Origin: Lytechinus pictus
Taxonomy: Eukaryota
Assembly: GCF_037042905.1 (NCBI RefSeq)
Contig: NC_087245.1
Coordinates: forward strand, 44,270,001-44,300,000
Direction: 5' to 3'
Length of the DNA: 30,000 nt
How positions within the stretch are numbered: the first letter of the stretch is position 1; the number at the start of each line of letters is the position of its first letter. A program made the position numbers and the translations under genes. The notes beneath the pieces are model-generated. The model was given only the letters and a program-made list of their open reading frames with translations. It was not told the DNA's origin and did no database searches. Below, in pieces: positions 12,301 through 22,603 of the stretch.

Positions 12301-15300
12301 CAATTATAAATACAAGATTCACACGAGTTAAATTTGATTACAATAAAAAGAAATGAGAATTAACATACAAGCGTACTATACATTCACATCTTCCTATGAC
12401 AGGGGGTGTAAGAGAGAGATAGGGAGAGAGGGGGTTAGATGGCTTGTATTCTAAAGGAATGTGGACTAGTCTGGCTAGAAATAAGTAAAAGTTAGAACAA
12501 GATAGCAGTAGCACTCATTCTCAGCCACCCCCCCCCCCAGACATACTTACCATTCTTTTCTCCCCCTCCCCCCTCCCTCTTGAATCCACCACTATTCAGT
12601 CAAATTCTAAAGTTCTCTGTTCTCCATCCCTTTCCCATGAACCAATTTCACAATTGCAATTGATCAAAGCCTATCTAATGTTTAGTGTCCTGTAATGGGT
12701 GCTATACACGAATACAGCAGTGCTCGTTGGTATACAAAAACACACAAAAACATGCAACGCAGAGGTAACATTAGCCTACACAGCCTAGCCTAGCCTCGTT
12801 ATACAAACACAGATGATCTACTAATCACAATTTGTTTCCTGATATACCCCCTCTGTAGCCTTGAACATAACCATCAAGTTCAGTTTTTGGACCTCTTGAT
12901 GGCTGAAACATGCATACTAGTGAAAATAATTTGATACTGAAGAGTTTGGGCTGGTGTTTCATCCACTAGGGAATTCCCCTTGTAATATAGGCCTAGTCTT
13001 GGTTGTATTATATGGCACATGAAGGTTTCTTTTTTTATTTAACTTCCTGGCTTTTCTTTAACATCTGTACACTCACTTTATCACAAAGAAATGCATGAAA
13101 TATACAGATGTGTTATGTAATGACCAATTTTAATGTTACTCCTATAGTCTACTGCCCTATGGATTTACACACATCCTACCTGCCTATATGTAGCTCGACA
13201 ATGGATGCAATGTAGGGCCAAACAATTGAACATCCTATAATGCAAAATTGTAGATATGCATAGTGTGCATATCTGGATGCAAGTACTGCCCACAATTATA
13301 AATACAAGATTCACACGAGTTAAATTTGATTACAATAAAAAGAAATGAGAATTAACATACAAGCGTACTATACATTCACATCTTCCTATGACAGGGGGTG
13401 TAAGAGAGAGATAGGGAGAGAGGGGGTTAGATGGCTTGTATTCTAAAGGAATGTGGACTAGTCTGGCTAGAAATAAGTAAAAGTTAGAACAAGATAGCAG
13501 TAGCACTCATTCTCAGCCACCCCCCCCCCCAGACATACTTACCATTCTTTTCTCCCCCTCCCCCCTCCCTCTTGAATCCACCACTATTCAGTCAAATTCT
13601 AAAGTTCTCTGTTCTCCATCCCTTTCCCATGAACCAATTTCACAATTGCAATTGATCAAAGCCTATCTAATGTTTAGTATCCTGTAATGGGTGCTATACA
13701 CGAATACAGCAGTGCTCGTTGGTATACAAAAACACACGAAAACATGCAACGCAGACGTAACATTAGCCTACACAGCCTAGCCTAGCCTCGGTATACAAAC
13801 ACAGATGATCTACTAATCACAATTTGTTACCTGATATACCCCCTCTGTAGCCTTGAACATAACCATCAAGTTCAGTTTTTGGACCTCTTGATGGCTGAAA
13901 CATGCATACTAGTGAAAATAATTTGATACTGAAGAGTTTGGGCTGGTGTTTCATCCACTAGGGAATTCCCCTTGTAATAGACCTAATCTTGGTTGTATTA
14001 TATGGCACATGAAGGTTTCTTTTTTTATTTAACTTCCTGGCTTTTCTTTAACATCTGAACACTTACTTTATCACAAAGAAATGCATGAAATATACAGATG
14101 TGTTATGTAATGACCAATTTTAATGTTACTCCTATAGTCTAGTGCCCTATGGATTTACACACATCCTACCTGCCTATATGTAGCTCGACATTGGATGCAA
14201 TGTAGGGCCAAACAATTGAACATTCTATAATGCAAAATTGTAGATATTCATAGTGTGCATATCTGGATGCAAGTACTGCCCACAATTATAAATACAAGAT
14301 TCACACGAGTTAAATTTGATTACAATAAAAAGAAATGAGAATTAACATACAAGCGTACTATACATTCACATCTTCCTATGACAGGGGGTGTAAGAGAGAG
14401 ATAGGGAGAGAGGGGGTTAGATGGCTTGTATTCTAAAGGAATGGGGACTAGTCTGGCTAGAAATAAGTAAAAGTTAGAACAAGATAGCAGTAGCACTCAT
14501 TCTCAGCCACCCCCCCCCCCCCAGACATACTTACCATGCTTTCCCTCCCCCCCTCCCTCTTGAATCCACCACTATTCAGTCAAATACTAAAGTTCTCTGT
14601 TCTCCATCCCTTTCCCATGAACCAATTTCACAATTGCAATTGATCAAAGCCTATCTAATGTTTAGTATCCTGTAATGGGTGCTTTACACGAATACAGCAG
14701 TGCTCGTTGGTATACAAAAACACACGAAAACATGCAACGCAGAGGTAATATTAGCCTACACAGCCTAGCCTAGCCTCGGTATACAAACACACATGATCTA
14801 CTAATCACAATTTGTTACCTGATATACCCCCTCTGTAGCCTTGAACATAACCATTTAGTTCAGTTTTTGGACCTCTTGATGGCTGAAACATGCATACTAG
14901 TGAAAATAATTTGCTACTGAAGAGTTTGGGCTGGTGTTTCATCCACTAGGGAATTCCCCTTGTAATATAGGCCTAGTCTTGGTTGTATTATATGGCACAT
15001 GAAGGTTTCTTTTTTATTTAACTTCCTGGCTTTTCTTTAACATCTGTACACTCACTTTATCACAAAGAAATGCATGAAATATACAGATGTGTTATGTAAT
15101 GACCAATTTTAATGTTACTCCTATAGTCTAGTGCCCTATGGATTTACACACATCCTACGTGCCTATATGTAGCTCGACAATGGATGCAATGTAGAGCCCA
15201 ACATCCTATAATGCAAAATTGTAGATATGCATAGTGTGCATATCTGGATGCAAGTACTGCCCACTATTATAACTACCAGATTCACACGAGTTAAATTTGA

Positions 15301-18300
15301 TAACAATAAAAAGAAATGAGAATTAACATACAAGCGTACTATACATTCACATCTTCCTATGACAAGGGGTGTAAGAGAGAGATAGGGAGAGAGGGGGGTT
15401 ACATGGCTTGTATTCTAAAGGAATGGGGACTAGTCTGGCTAGAAATAAGTAAAAGTTAGAACAAGAACGCAGTAGCACTCTTTCTCAGCCACCCCCCCCC
15501 CCCAGACATACTTACCATGCTTTTCTCCCCCTCCCCCCTCCCTCTTCAATCCACCACTATTCAGTGAAATTCTAAAGTTTTCTGTTCTCCATCCCTTTCC
15601 CGTGAACCAATTTCACAATTGCAATTGATCAAAGCCTATTTAATGTTTAGTATCCTGTAATGGGTGCTTTACACGAATACAGCAGTGCTCGTTGGTATAC
15701 AAAAACACACGAAAACATGCAACGCAGAGGTAATATTAGCCTACACAGCCTAGCCTAGCCTCGGTATACAAACACACATGATCTACTCATCAAAATTAGT
15801 TACCTGATATACCCCCTCTGTAGCCTTGAACATAACCATTTAGTTCAGTTTATGGACCTCTTGATGGCTGAAACATGCATACTAGTGAAAATAATTTGCT
15901 ACTGAAGAGTTTGGGCTGGTGTTTCATCCACTAGGGAATTCCCCTTGTAATATAGGCTTAGTCTTGGTTGTATTATATGGCACATGAAGGTTTCTTTTTT
16001 ATTTAACTTCCTGGCTTTTCTTTAACATCTATACACTCACTTTATCACAAAGAAACGCATGAAATATACAGATGCGTTATGTAATGACCAATTTTAATGT
16101 TACTCCTATGGTCTAGTGCCCTATGGATTTACACACATCCTATCTGCCTATATGTAGCTCGACAATGGATGCAATGTAGGGCCAAACAATTGAACATCCT
16201 ATAATGCAAAATTGTAGATATGCATAGTGTGCATATCTGGATGCAAGTACTGCCCACAATTATAAATACCAGATTCACACGAGTTAAATCAGATAACAAT
16301 AAAACGAAATGAGAATTAACATACAAGCGTACTATACATTCACATCTTCATATGACAAGGGGTGTAAGAGAGAGATGGGGAGAGAGGGGGGTTAGATGGC
16401 TTGTATTCTAAAGCCAAATGAATGGGGGCTAGTCTGGCTAGAAATAAGTAAAAGTTAGCACAAGATAGCAGTAGCACTCATTCTCAGCCACCCCCCCCCC
16501 CAGACATACTTACCATGCTTCCCCCCCCCCTCCCTCTTGAATCCACCACTGTTCAGTCAAATACTAAAGTTCTCTGTTCTCCATCCCTTTCCCATGAACC
16601 AATTTCACAATTGCAATTGATCAAAGCCTATCTAATGTTTAGTATCCTGTAATGGGTGCCTTACACGAATACAGCAGTGCTCGTTGGTATACAAAAACAC
16701 ACGAAAACATGCAACGCAGAGGTAATATTAGCCTACACAGGCTAGCCTAGCCTCGGTATACAAACACACATGATCTACTAATCACAATTAGTTACCTGAT
16801 ATACCCCCTCTGTAGCCTTGAACATAACCATCAAGTTCAGTTTTTGGACCTCTTGATGGCTGAAACATGCATACTAGTGAAAATAATTTGATACTGAAGA
16901 GTTTGGGCTGGTGTTTCATCCACTAGGGAATTCCCCTTGTAATATACCCGGTAGGCCTAGTCTTGGTTGTATTATATGGCACATGAAGGTTTCTTTTTTA
17001 TTTTACTTCCTGGCTTTTCTTTAACATCTGTACACTCACTTTATCACAAAGAAATGCATGAAATATACAGATGTGTTATGTAATGACCAATTTTAATGTT
17101 ACTCCTATAGTCTAGTGCCCTATGGATTTACACACATCCTACCTGCCTATATGTAGCTCGACAATGGATGCAATGTAGGGCCAAACAATTGAACATCCTA
17201 TAATGCAAAATTGTAGATATGCATAGTGTGCATATCTGGATGCAAGTACTGCCCACAATTATAAATACCAGATTCACACGAGTTAAATGAGATAACAATA
17301 AAAAGAAATGAGAATTAACATACAAGCGTACTATACATTCACATCTTCCTATGACAAGGGGTGTAAGAGAGAGGGGGTTAGATGTCTTGTATTCTAAAGG
17401 AATGGGGACTAGTCTGGCTAGAAATAAGTAAAAGTTAGAACAAGATAGCAGTAGCACTCATTCTCAGCCACCCCCCCCCCCCCCAGACATACTCACCATG
17501 CTTTTCTCCCCCTCCCCCCTCCCTCTTGAATCCACCACTATTCAGTCAAATTCTAAAGTTCTCTGTTCTCCATCCCTTTCCCATGAACCAATTTCACAAT
17601 TGCAATTGATCAAAGCCTATCTAATGTTTAGTGTCCTGTAATGGGTGCTATACACGAATACAGCAGTGCTCGTTGGTATACAAAAACACACAAAAACATG
17701 CAACGCAGAGGTAACATTAGCCTACACAGCCTAGCCTAGCCTCGTTATACAAACACAGATGATCTACTAATCACAATTTGTTTCCTGATATACCCCCTCT
17801 GGAGCCTTGAACATAACCATCAAGTTCAGTTTTTGGACCTCTTGATGGCTGAAACATGCATACTAGTGAAAATAATTTGATACTGAAGAGTTTGGGCTGG
17901 TGTTTCATCCACTAGGGAATTCCCCTTGTAATATAGGCCTAGTCTTGGTTGTATTATATGGCACATGAAGGTTTCTTTTTTTATTTAACTTCCTGGCTTT
18001 TCTTTAACATCTGTACACTCACTTTATCACAAAGAAATGCATAAAATATACAGATGTGTTATGTAATGACCAATTTTAATGTTACTCCTATAGTCTACTG
18101 CCCTATGGATTTACACACATCCTACCTGCCTATATGTAGCTCGACAATGGATGCAATGTAGGGCCAAACAATTGAACATCCTATAATGCAAAATTGTAGA
18201 TATGCATAGTGTGCATATCTGGATGCAAGTACTGCCCAGAATTATAAATACAAGATTCACAGGAGTTAAATTTGATTACAATAAAAAGAAATGAGAATTA

Positions 18301-19711
18301 ACATACAAGCGTACTATACATTCACATCTTCCTATGACAGGGGGTGTAAGAGAGAGATAGGGAGAGAGGGGGTTAGATGGCTTGTATTCTAAAGGAATGT
18401 GGACTAGTCTGGCTAGAAATAAGTAAAAGTTAGAACAAGATAGCAGTAGCACTCATTCTCAGCCACCCCCCCCCCCCCAGACATACTTACCATGCTTTTC
18501 TCCCCCTCCCCCCTCCCTCTTGAATCCACCACTATTCAGTCAAATTCTAAAGTTCTCTGTTCTCCATCCCTTTCCCATGAACCAATTTCACAATTGCAAT
18601 TGATCAAAGCCTATCTAATGTTTAGTATCCTGTAATGGGTGCTATACACGAATACAGCAGTGCTCGTTGGTATACAAAAACACACGAAAACATGCAACGC
18701 AGAGGTAATATTAGCCTACACAGCCTAGCCTAGCCTCGGTATACAAACACACATGATCTACTAATCAAAATTAGTTACCTGATATACCCCCTCTGTAGCC
18801 TTGAACATAACCATTTAGTTCAGTTTATGGACCTCTTGATGGCTGAAACATGCATACTAGTGAAAATAATTTGCTACTGAAGAGTTTGGGCTGGTGTTTC
18901 ATCCACTAGGGAATTCCCCTTGTAATATAGGCCTAGTCTTGGTTGTATTATATGGCACATGAAGGTTTCTTTTTTATTTAACTTCCTGGCTTTTCTTTAA
19001 CATCTGTACACTCACTTTATCACAAAGAAATGCATGAAATATACAGATGCGTTATGTAATGACCAATTTTAATGTTACTCCTATGGTCTAGTGCCCTATG
19101 GATTTACACACATCCTATCTGCCTATATGTAGCTCGACAATGGATGCAATGTAGGGCCAAACAATTGAACATCCTATAATGCAAAATTGTAGATATGCAT
19201 AGTGTGCATATCTGGATGCAAGTACTGCCCAGAATTATAAATACCAGATTCACACGAGTTAAATCAGATAACAATAAAAAGAAATGAGAATTTACATACA
19301 AGCGTACTAGGCTATATACATTCACATCTTCCTATGACAAGGGGTGTAAGAGAGAGATGGGGAGAGAGGGGGGTTAGATGGCTTGTATTCTAAAGGAATG
19401 TGGACTAGTCTGGCTAGAAATAAGTAAAAGTTAGAACAAGTTACAAGATAGCAGTAGCACTCATTCTCAGCCACCCCCCCCCCCCCCCAGACATACTTAC
19501 CATGCTTTTCTCCCCCCCCCCCCCCTCCCTCTTGAATCCACCACTATTCAGTCAAGCCTATCTAATGTTTTGTATCCTGTAATGGGTGCTATACACGAAT
19601 ACAGCAGTGCTCGTTGGTATACAAAAACACACGAAAACACGCAACGCAGAGGTAACATTAGCCTACACAGCCTAGCCTAGCCTCGGTATACAAACACAGA
19701 TGATGTACTAA
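390..19711. repeat. Tandem macrosatellite, ~985-bp unit, 19 complete units plus the first ~600 bp of a 20th
   Basis: The motif CATCCTA(C/T)CTGCCTATATGTAGC recurs at 390, 1340, 2330, 3325, 4297, 5278, 6255, 7242, 8231, 9211, 10202, 11195, 12180, 13172, 14162, 15151, 16136, 17135, 18118 and 19111 (unit lengths 950-999 bp). Units differ only by scattered SNPs, C-run length and a few indels. Confidence 0.98.
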
Positions 19712-19863
19712 CATAGAGATGTATACTAAATTAGCGTTATTAGTATATATCTCTACACTGGCGTAAATCCGTGTTGAGGGGTGGGGGGGATGACTGAAAT
19801 ATTTTGGCATTTTTTTTGCAATCATGTTTTTAGATATGCAAGGAATTGTAATTGATATGTCTA

Positions 19864-21063
19864 CAGTGGCGTACCGTGGGTCACGGCATTGTGGGGGCAC
19901 CAGCAAAATCTTTGAATCACTGAGTGAGCGCGCGAAGCGCGCTCAGTTGCTAGTTATTCTGACCTAATAGAGACATTTTAAGGACAATGTCATTGAACGG
20001 ATATGTATCTCACTGATCAAATTATGCGAGCGCGAAGCGCGAGCTGAATTTTTTTAATATTCACACCTAAAAAGGGACATTATAATCAAATTTGCGTAAT
20101 CATGATAGTTACCTGTCTCGCTAAACAATGCGAGCGCGAAGCGCGAGCTGAAATTTTCGTATATTTTGACCCCAAACAGCGAGATTTTAAGGAATATATT
20201 TTAGGAATCCATTAAGAGTATGCATATCTCACCATGTAGTCATCTAATGCGAGTGCCAAGCGCTTGCTGATTTTAGTAGAATTACATCTGAACACATGAA
20301 ACACTTTTTGTAGTCATTGCAATCATGATTATCATACGCATCTCACTAATCAAATATTGCGAGCGTGAGGCGCGAGCAGAAAATTTAGATAAGTTAGATA
20401 ATTCAGACCTGAAGTGGGGCATTCTAAGGTTTCTTTGTAGGAATTAACTTGGACCATACGTATTTCATTAACCAAATGATGAGAGTGCGAAGCGCGAGCT
20501 GAAAATATTTGATATTCATATCAGAAAAAGGGACATTTTAAGGACTGATTTTAGGAATTCATGAAGAGCAGACATATCTCACCAATCCACTAATGCGAAC
20601 GTAATCACGGACAGGAAATGTTTTTATATATACGAAGACCTTAACATGGGGCAATCACTTTTTGAGTCATGTAAAAGAAGCATAGGCCTATGTCACTACA
20701 TAAAACAATGATAACTCAAGTGCTAGGAAATATATTTGGTTTATATTGACTTGAAAACGGGATGTTTTAGTACAACAGGATTATCGTTGAACAGACAATG
20801 CAAGCACCAGGAACAATGAAGACGTAGGCCCTGGGCAAATTATGTTTCATAAAGTTATGATAAAAATGTTTCTTATGTAATGTAACATAACATAATTATA
20901 ATATAATATAACATTATAATGAATAATACTTTCTTCTTTCCCACTACGTTTCTTTTCCTTTCTCCCTCTTTTCTCCTTTTCCCCATTTCCCCGGGGTTTT
21001 TTTGTCAGCCGATGGGGGGAGCATGTGCCTCCCATGCCCCCCCCCCCCGTAGTTACGCCACTG
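19864..21063. mobile_element. Non-autonomous hAT-like DNA transposon, 1200 bp, innermost of the nest
   Basis: TIRs CAGTGGCGTA (19864-19873) and TACGCCACTG (21054-21063). 8-bp TSD TATGTCTA (19856-19863) / TATGTCCA (21064-21071), 7/8 match. Internal degenerate tandem repeats. Confidence 0.88.
19921..20640. repeat. Degenerate ~105-120-bp internal tandem repeat (~7 units) carrying GCGAGCGCGAAGCGCGAGCTGAA motifs
   Basis: Motif copies near 19925, 20026, 20130, 20249, 20359, 20481 and 20595. Most are preceded by TATCTCAC-like and followed by GACCT..AAGGGACATTTTAAGGA-like sequence. Confidence 0.8.
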
Positions 21064-21492
21064 TATGTCCATATGGCAAATACCCCTCCAATATTATTAT
21101 TTTTTTACCCCATGATGGTTTAATGGTTTTATTAGAGATTACATTCAAAATTTTTTGACATTCCATCTTAATCCCTTCCCAAAGACCCCAACATTGATGA
21201 ATTGGAAGAAACGGGGGTTTCTCTTCAATGTTATAATAAGGACATAAGTATTTCAATTGGAAATGGTGAACTGGCTCTTTATTTGCATTTTATGATTCAA
21301 TAATATTGTTTTATTTGTTAAGCGGTATTTTAGGAAGAATTTTCACCAATAAAACAATTATCTCTTGTGATTTTTTTTTATTTCTTTCGTAAAAAGTGGG
21401 GGGATGATTGTACAGGCCATCCCCCCCTCCTCGAAAAGTGGGGGGATATATCCCCCCATCCCCCCCGGGATTTACGCCAGTGTATCTCTATG

Positions 21493-21597
21493 TGTACTAA
21501 ATAATCACAATTTGTTACCTGATATATATACCCCCTCTGTAGCCTTGAACATAACCATTAAGTTCAGTTTTGGACCTCTTGATGGCTGAAACATGCA
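21493..21597. repeat. Resumed remainder of satellite unit 20 after the nested insertions; right boundary of the array
   Basis: TAATCACAATTTGTTACCTGATAT...CCCCCTCTGTAGCCTTGAACATAACC...GGACCTCTTGATGGCTGAAACATGCA continues the unit where it broke off at 19711. Similarity stops after ACATGCA at 21597. Confidence 0.93.
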
Positions 21598-21884
21598 GCC
21601 ACTGCGAGTGCGAAGCGCGAACAGAATTTTGAATTGTTTATGACCTGAAAGATGTTTGTTAGAGACTAAAATTGTTCGGAGGAATCGGAGCTATAACATT
21701 GGCATGATGACAAAGTTTTAAAATTTGAAGAGTGAAACATGTTGCTTTAGAGCTCCTTATAACTTGAGTAGGATGTTTATGATAACACTTACTTAACTTC
21801 CTTCAGCCTTTTCAAGATTTCTGGGGGGTCTTGACTAGGAGGCAAATTCCCCTTCCCCCGTTGCCCCCCTTGGTGCCGCCACTG
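21598..21884. mobile_element. Truncated right end of a hAT-like non-autonomous element
   Basis: Contains a GCGAGTGCGAAGCGCGAAC motif like the element at 19864. Ends in a C-rich subterminal tract and GCCGCCACTG (21875-21884), the reverse complement of a CAGTGGCGGC terminus. No matching left end or TSD found. Confidence 0.6.
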
Positions 21885-21940
21885 ATTGTTCCACTGATAA
21901 AGTGGTTGGTTATATCCAGACCTGTTGTACCAAAATTGCC

Positions 21941-22021
21941 AAATTTTGATATTCCCAAGGATTTAATTAACTGGATTTTCCCAAATAGGGTTAAATCCCG
22001 TTGCTTCCACCATCCTAACAT
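21941..22021 (-). pseudogene. Degraded L1/Tx1-type LINE ORF2 fragment (region just C-terminal of the RT domain)
   Basis: The translation LGWWKQRDLTLFGKIQLIKSLGISKF fits the WxxRxL(S/T)LxGKIxLIKSL motif of L1/Tx1 ORF2 proteins. There is an in-frame stop immediately upstream and the resemblance is lost downstream. Confidence 0.62.
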
Positions 22022-22206
22022 TCAATAAAGTTTTTTGTTCATGTTGTTGCTTTTATACTTATAGCGTTTTCAATATATTTATTTTAGTTATTTACATCTG
22101 CTGCCCTGCATATCATTTATTACTTCGTGATACGTGCTTCATCTATTAAAGTGTTTATCAAATAAATGCATATTTCGAATACATTATATATTTAGCAAGG
22201 ATGATA

Positions 22207-22300
22207 TAATAATAATAATATAGGGTAGGGTATTTATATTGCGCACATATCCACATTGTTAGGTGCTCAACGCGCTCCTATATTACCCGGCTAAGCTAGG
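22207..22300 (-). mobile_element. 3' end of a SINE or LINE with an L2-like tail and (TTA)n terminus
   Basis: The minus strand reads ...GAGCGCGTTGAGCACC...GTGCGCAATATAAATACCC...TATTATTATTATTA. This resembles the GCGCTATATAAAT stem-loop tail plus short tandem-repeat terminus of L2-dependent retroposons. Confidence 0.5.
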
Positions 22301-22338
22301 CGTTCATAGCGCGAAATAGAGTGAAACTGGGGAGCCCC

Positions 22339-22429
22339 GGCTAGCGAAATTATTTTTCCCACCGAGTTCTGGACCAACATATGAATATTCATGACTTGCT
22401 TCTTCGGATTGAGAGTACGCATGTGCGTG
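22339..22429. repeat. Left copy of a ~105-bp inverted repeat, interrupted by the LTR element and continuing at 28220-28232
   Basis: GGCTAGCGAAATTATTTTTCCCACCGAGTTCTGGACCAACATATGAATATTCATGACTTGCTTCTTCGGATTGAGAGTACGCATGTGCGTG|GACTTGGCCTCGA matches the reverse complement of 29879-29982 with about 4 mismatches. Confidence 0.92.
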
Positions 22430-22594
22430 TGTTTTGTCTTGTCGTCTCTTCTACTCCTACTATCAACTTCACTACAGTATCAACCTAAATAACGGAGGCT
22501 TCAAACTAATAATACATTTGGGTTCAGCCATTTACTGGATTCCATCTTGTTACACTCTCCGGTATCTCGCCACAGATGGCGCTATTCCATAACA
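22430..22594 (-). repeat. 3' LTR (165 bp)
   Basis: Identical base for base to 28050-28214. Termini TGTT...AACA. Directly preceded on the minus strand by the PPT. Confidence 0.97.
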
Positions 22595-22603
22595 TCCCCC
22601 TTT
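22595..22603 (-). other. Polypurine tract (plus-strand primer)
   Basis: Minus-strand AAAGGGGGA directly abuts the TGTTATGG start of the 3' LTR. Confidence 0.85.

Larger units (their letters stand above)
19756..21482. mobile_element. Non-autonomous hAT-like DNA transposon (~519 bp excluding its inner insertion)
   Basis: Perfect 15-bp TIRs CACTGGCGTAAATCC (19756-19770) and GGATTTACGCCAGTG (21468-21482). Perfect 8-bp TSD TATCTCTA (19748-19755 and 21483-21490). Subterminal G/C runs; no transposase ORF. Confidence 0.9.
19712..21492. mobile_element. Minimal 46-bp TIR element (CATAGAGA termini, P-like or hAT-like), outermost of the nest and split by later insertions
   Basis: An 8-bp TSD TGTACTAA lies at 19704-19711 and 21493-21500. 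Removing the inner element gives CATAGAGATGTATACTAA-ATTAGCGTTA-TTAGTATATATCTCTATG (18-bp TIRs, 17/18 match). The superfamily is inferred only from the 8-bp TSD and CAT..ATG ends. Confidence 0.85.

Noticed and set aside
3318..17457. Repeated 109-aa minus-strand ORF (MLLLSCSNF...) as a tandem gene family
   Set aside because: It starts at GTG in eukaryotic DNA and is open only in the six units with the 10-bp GA-tract deletion. It is frameshifted or stopped in the others and has no recognisable domain.
20847..21589. ORFs inside the nested DNA transposons as transposase remnants
   Set aside because: They are low-complexity translations of G/C runs and AT-rich tracts with no DDE, BED or THAP motifs.
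390..21597. CRISPR array, rDNA, 5S, tRNA or histone repeat
   Set aside because: Units are near-identical along their whole length with no unique spacers. No rRNA, tRNA or histone sequence is recognisable.
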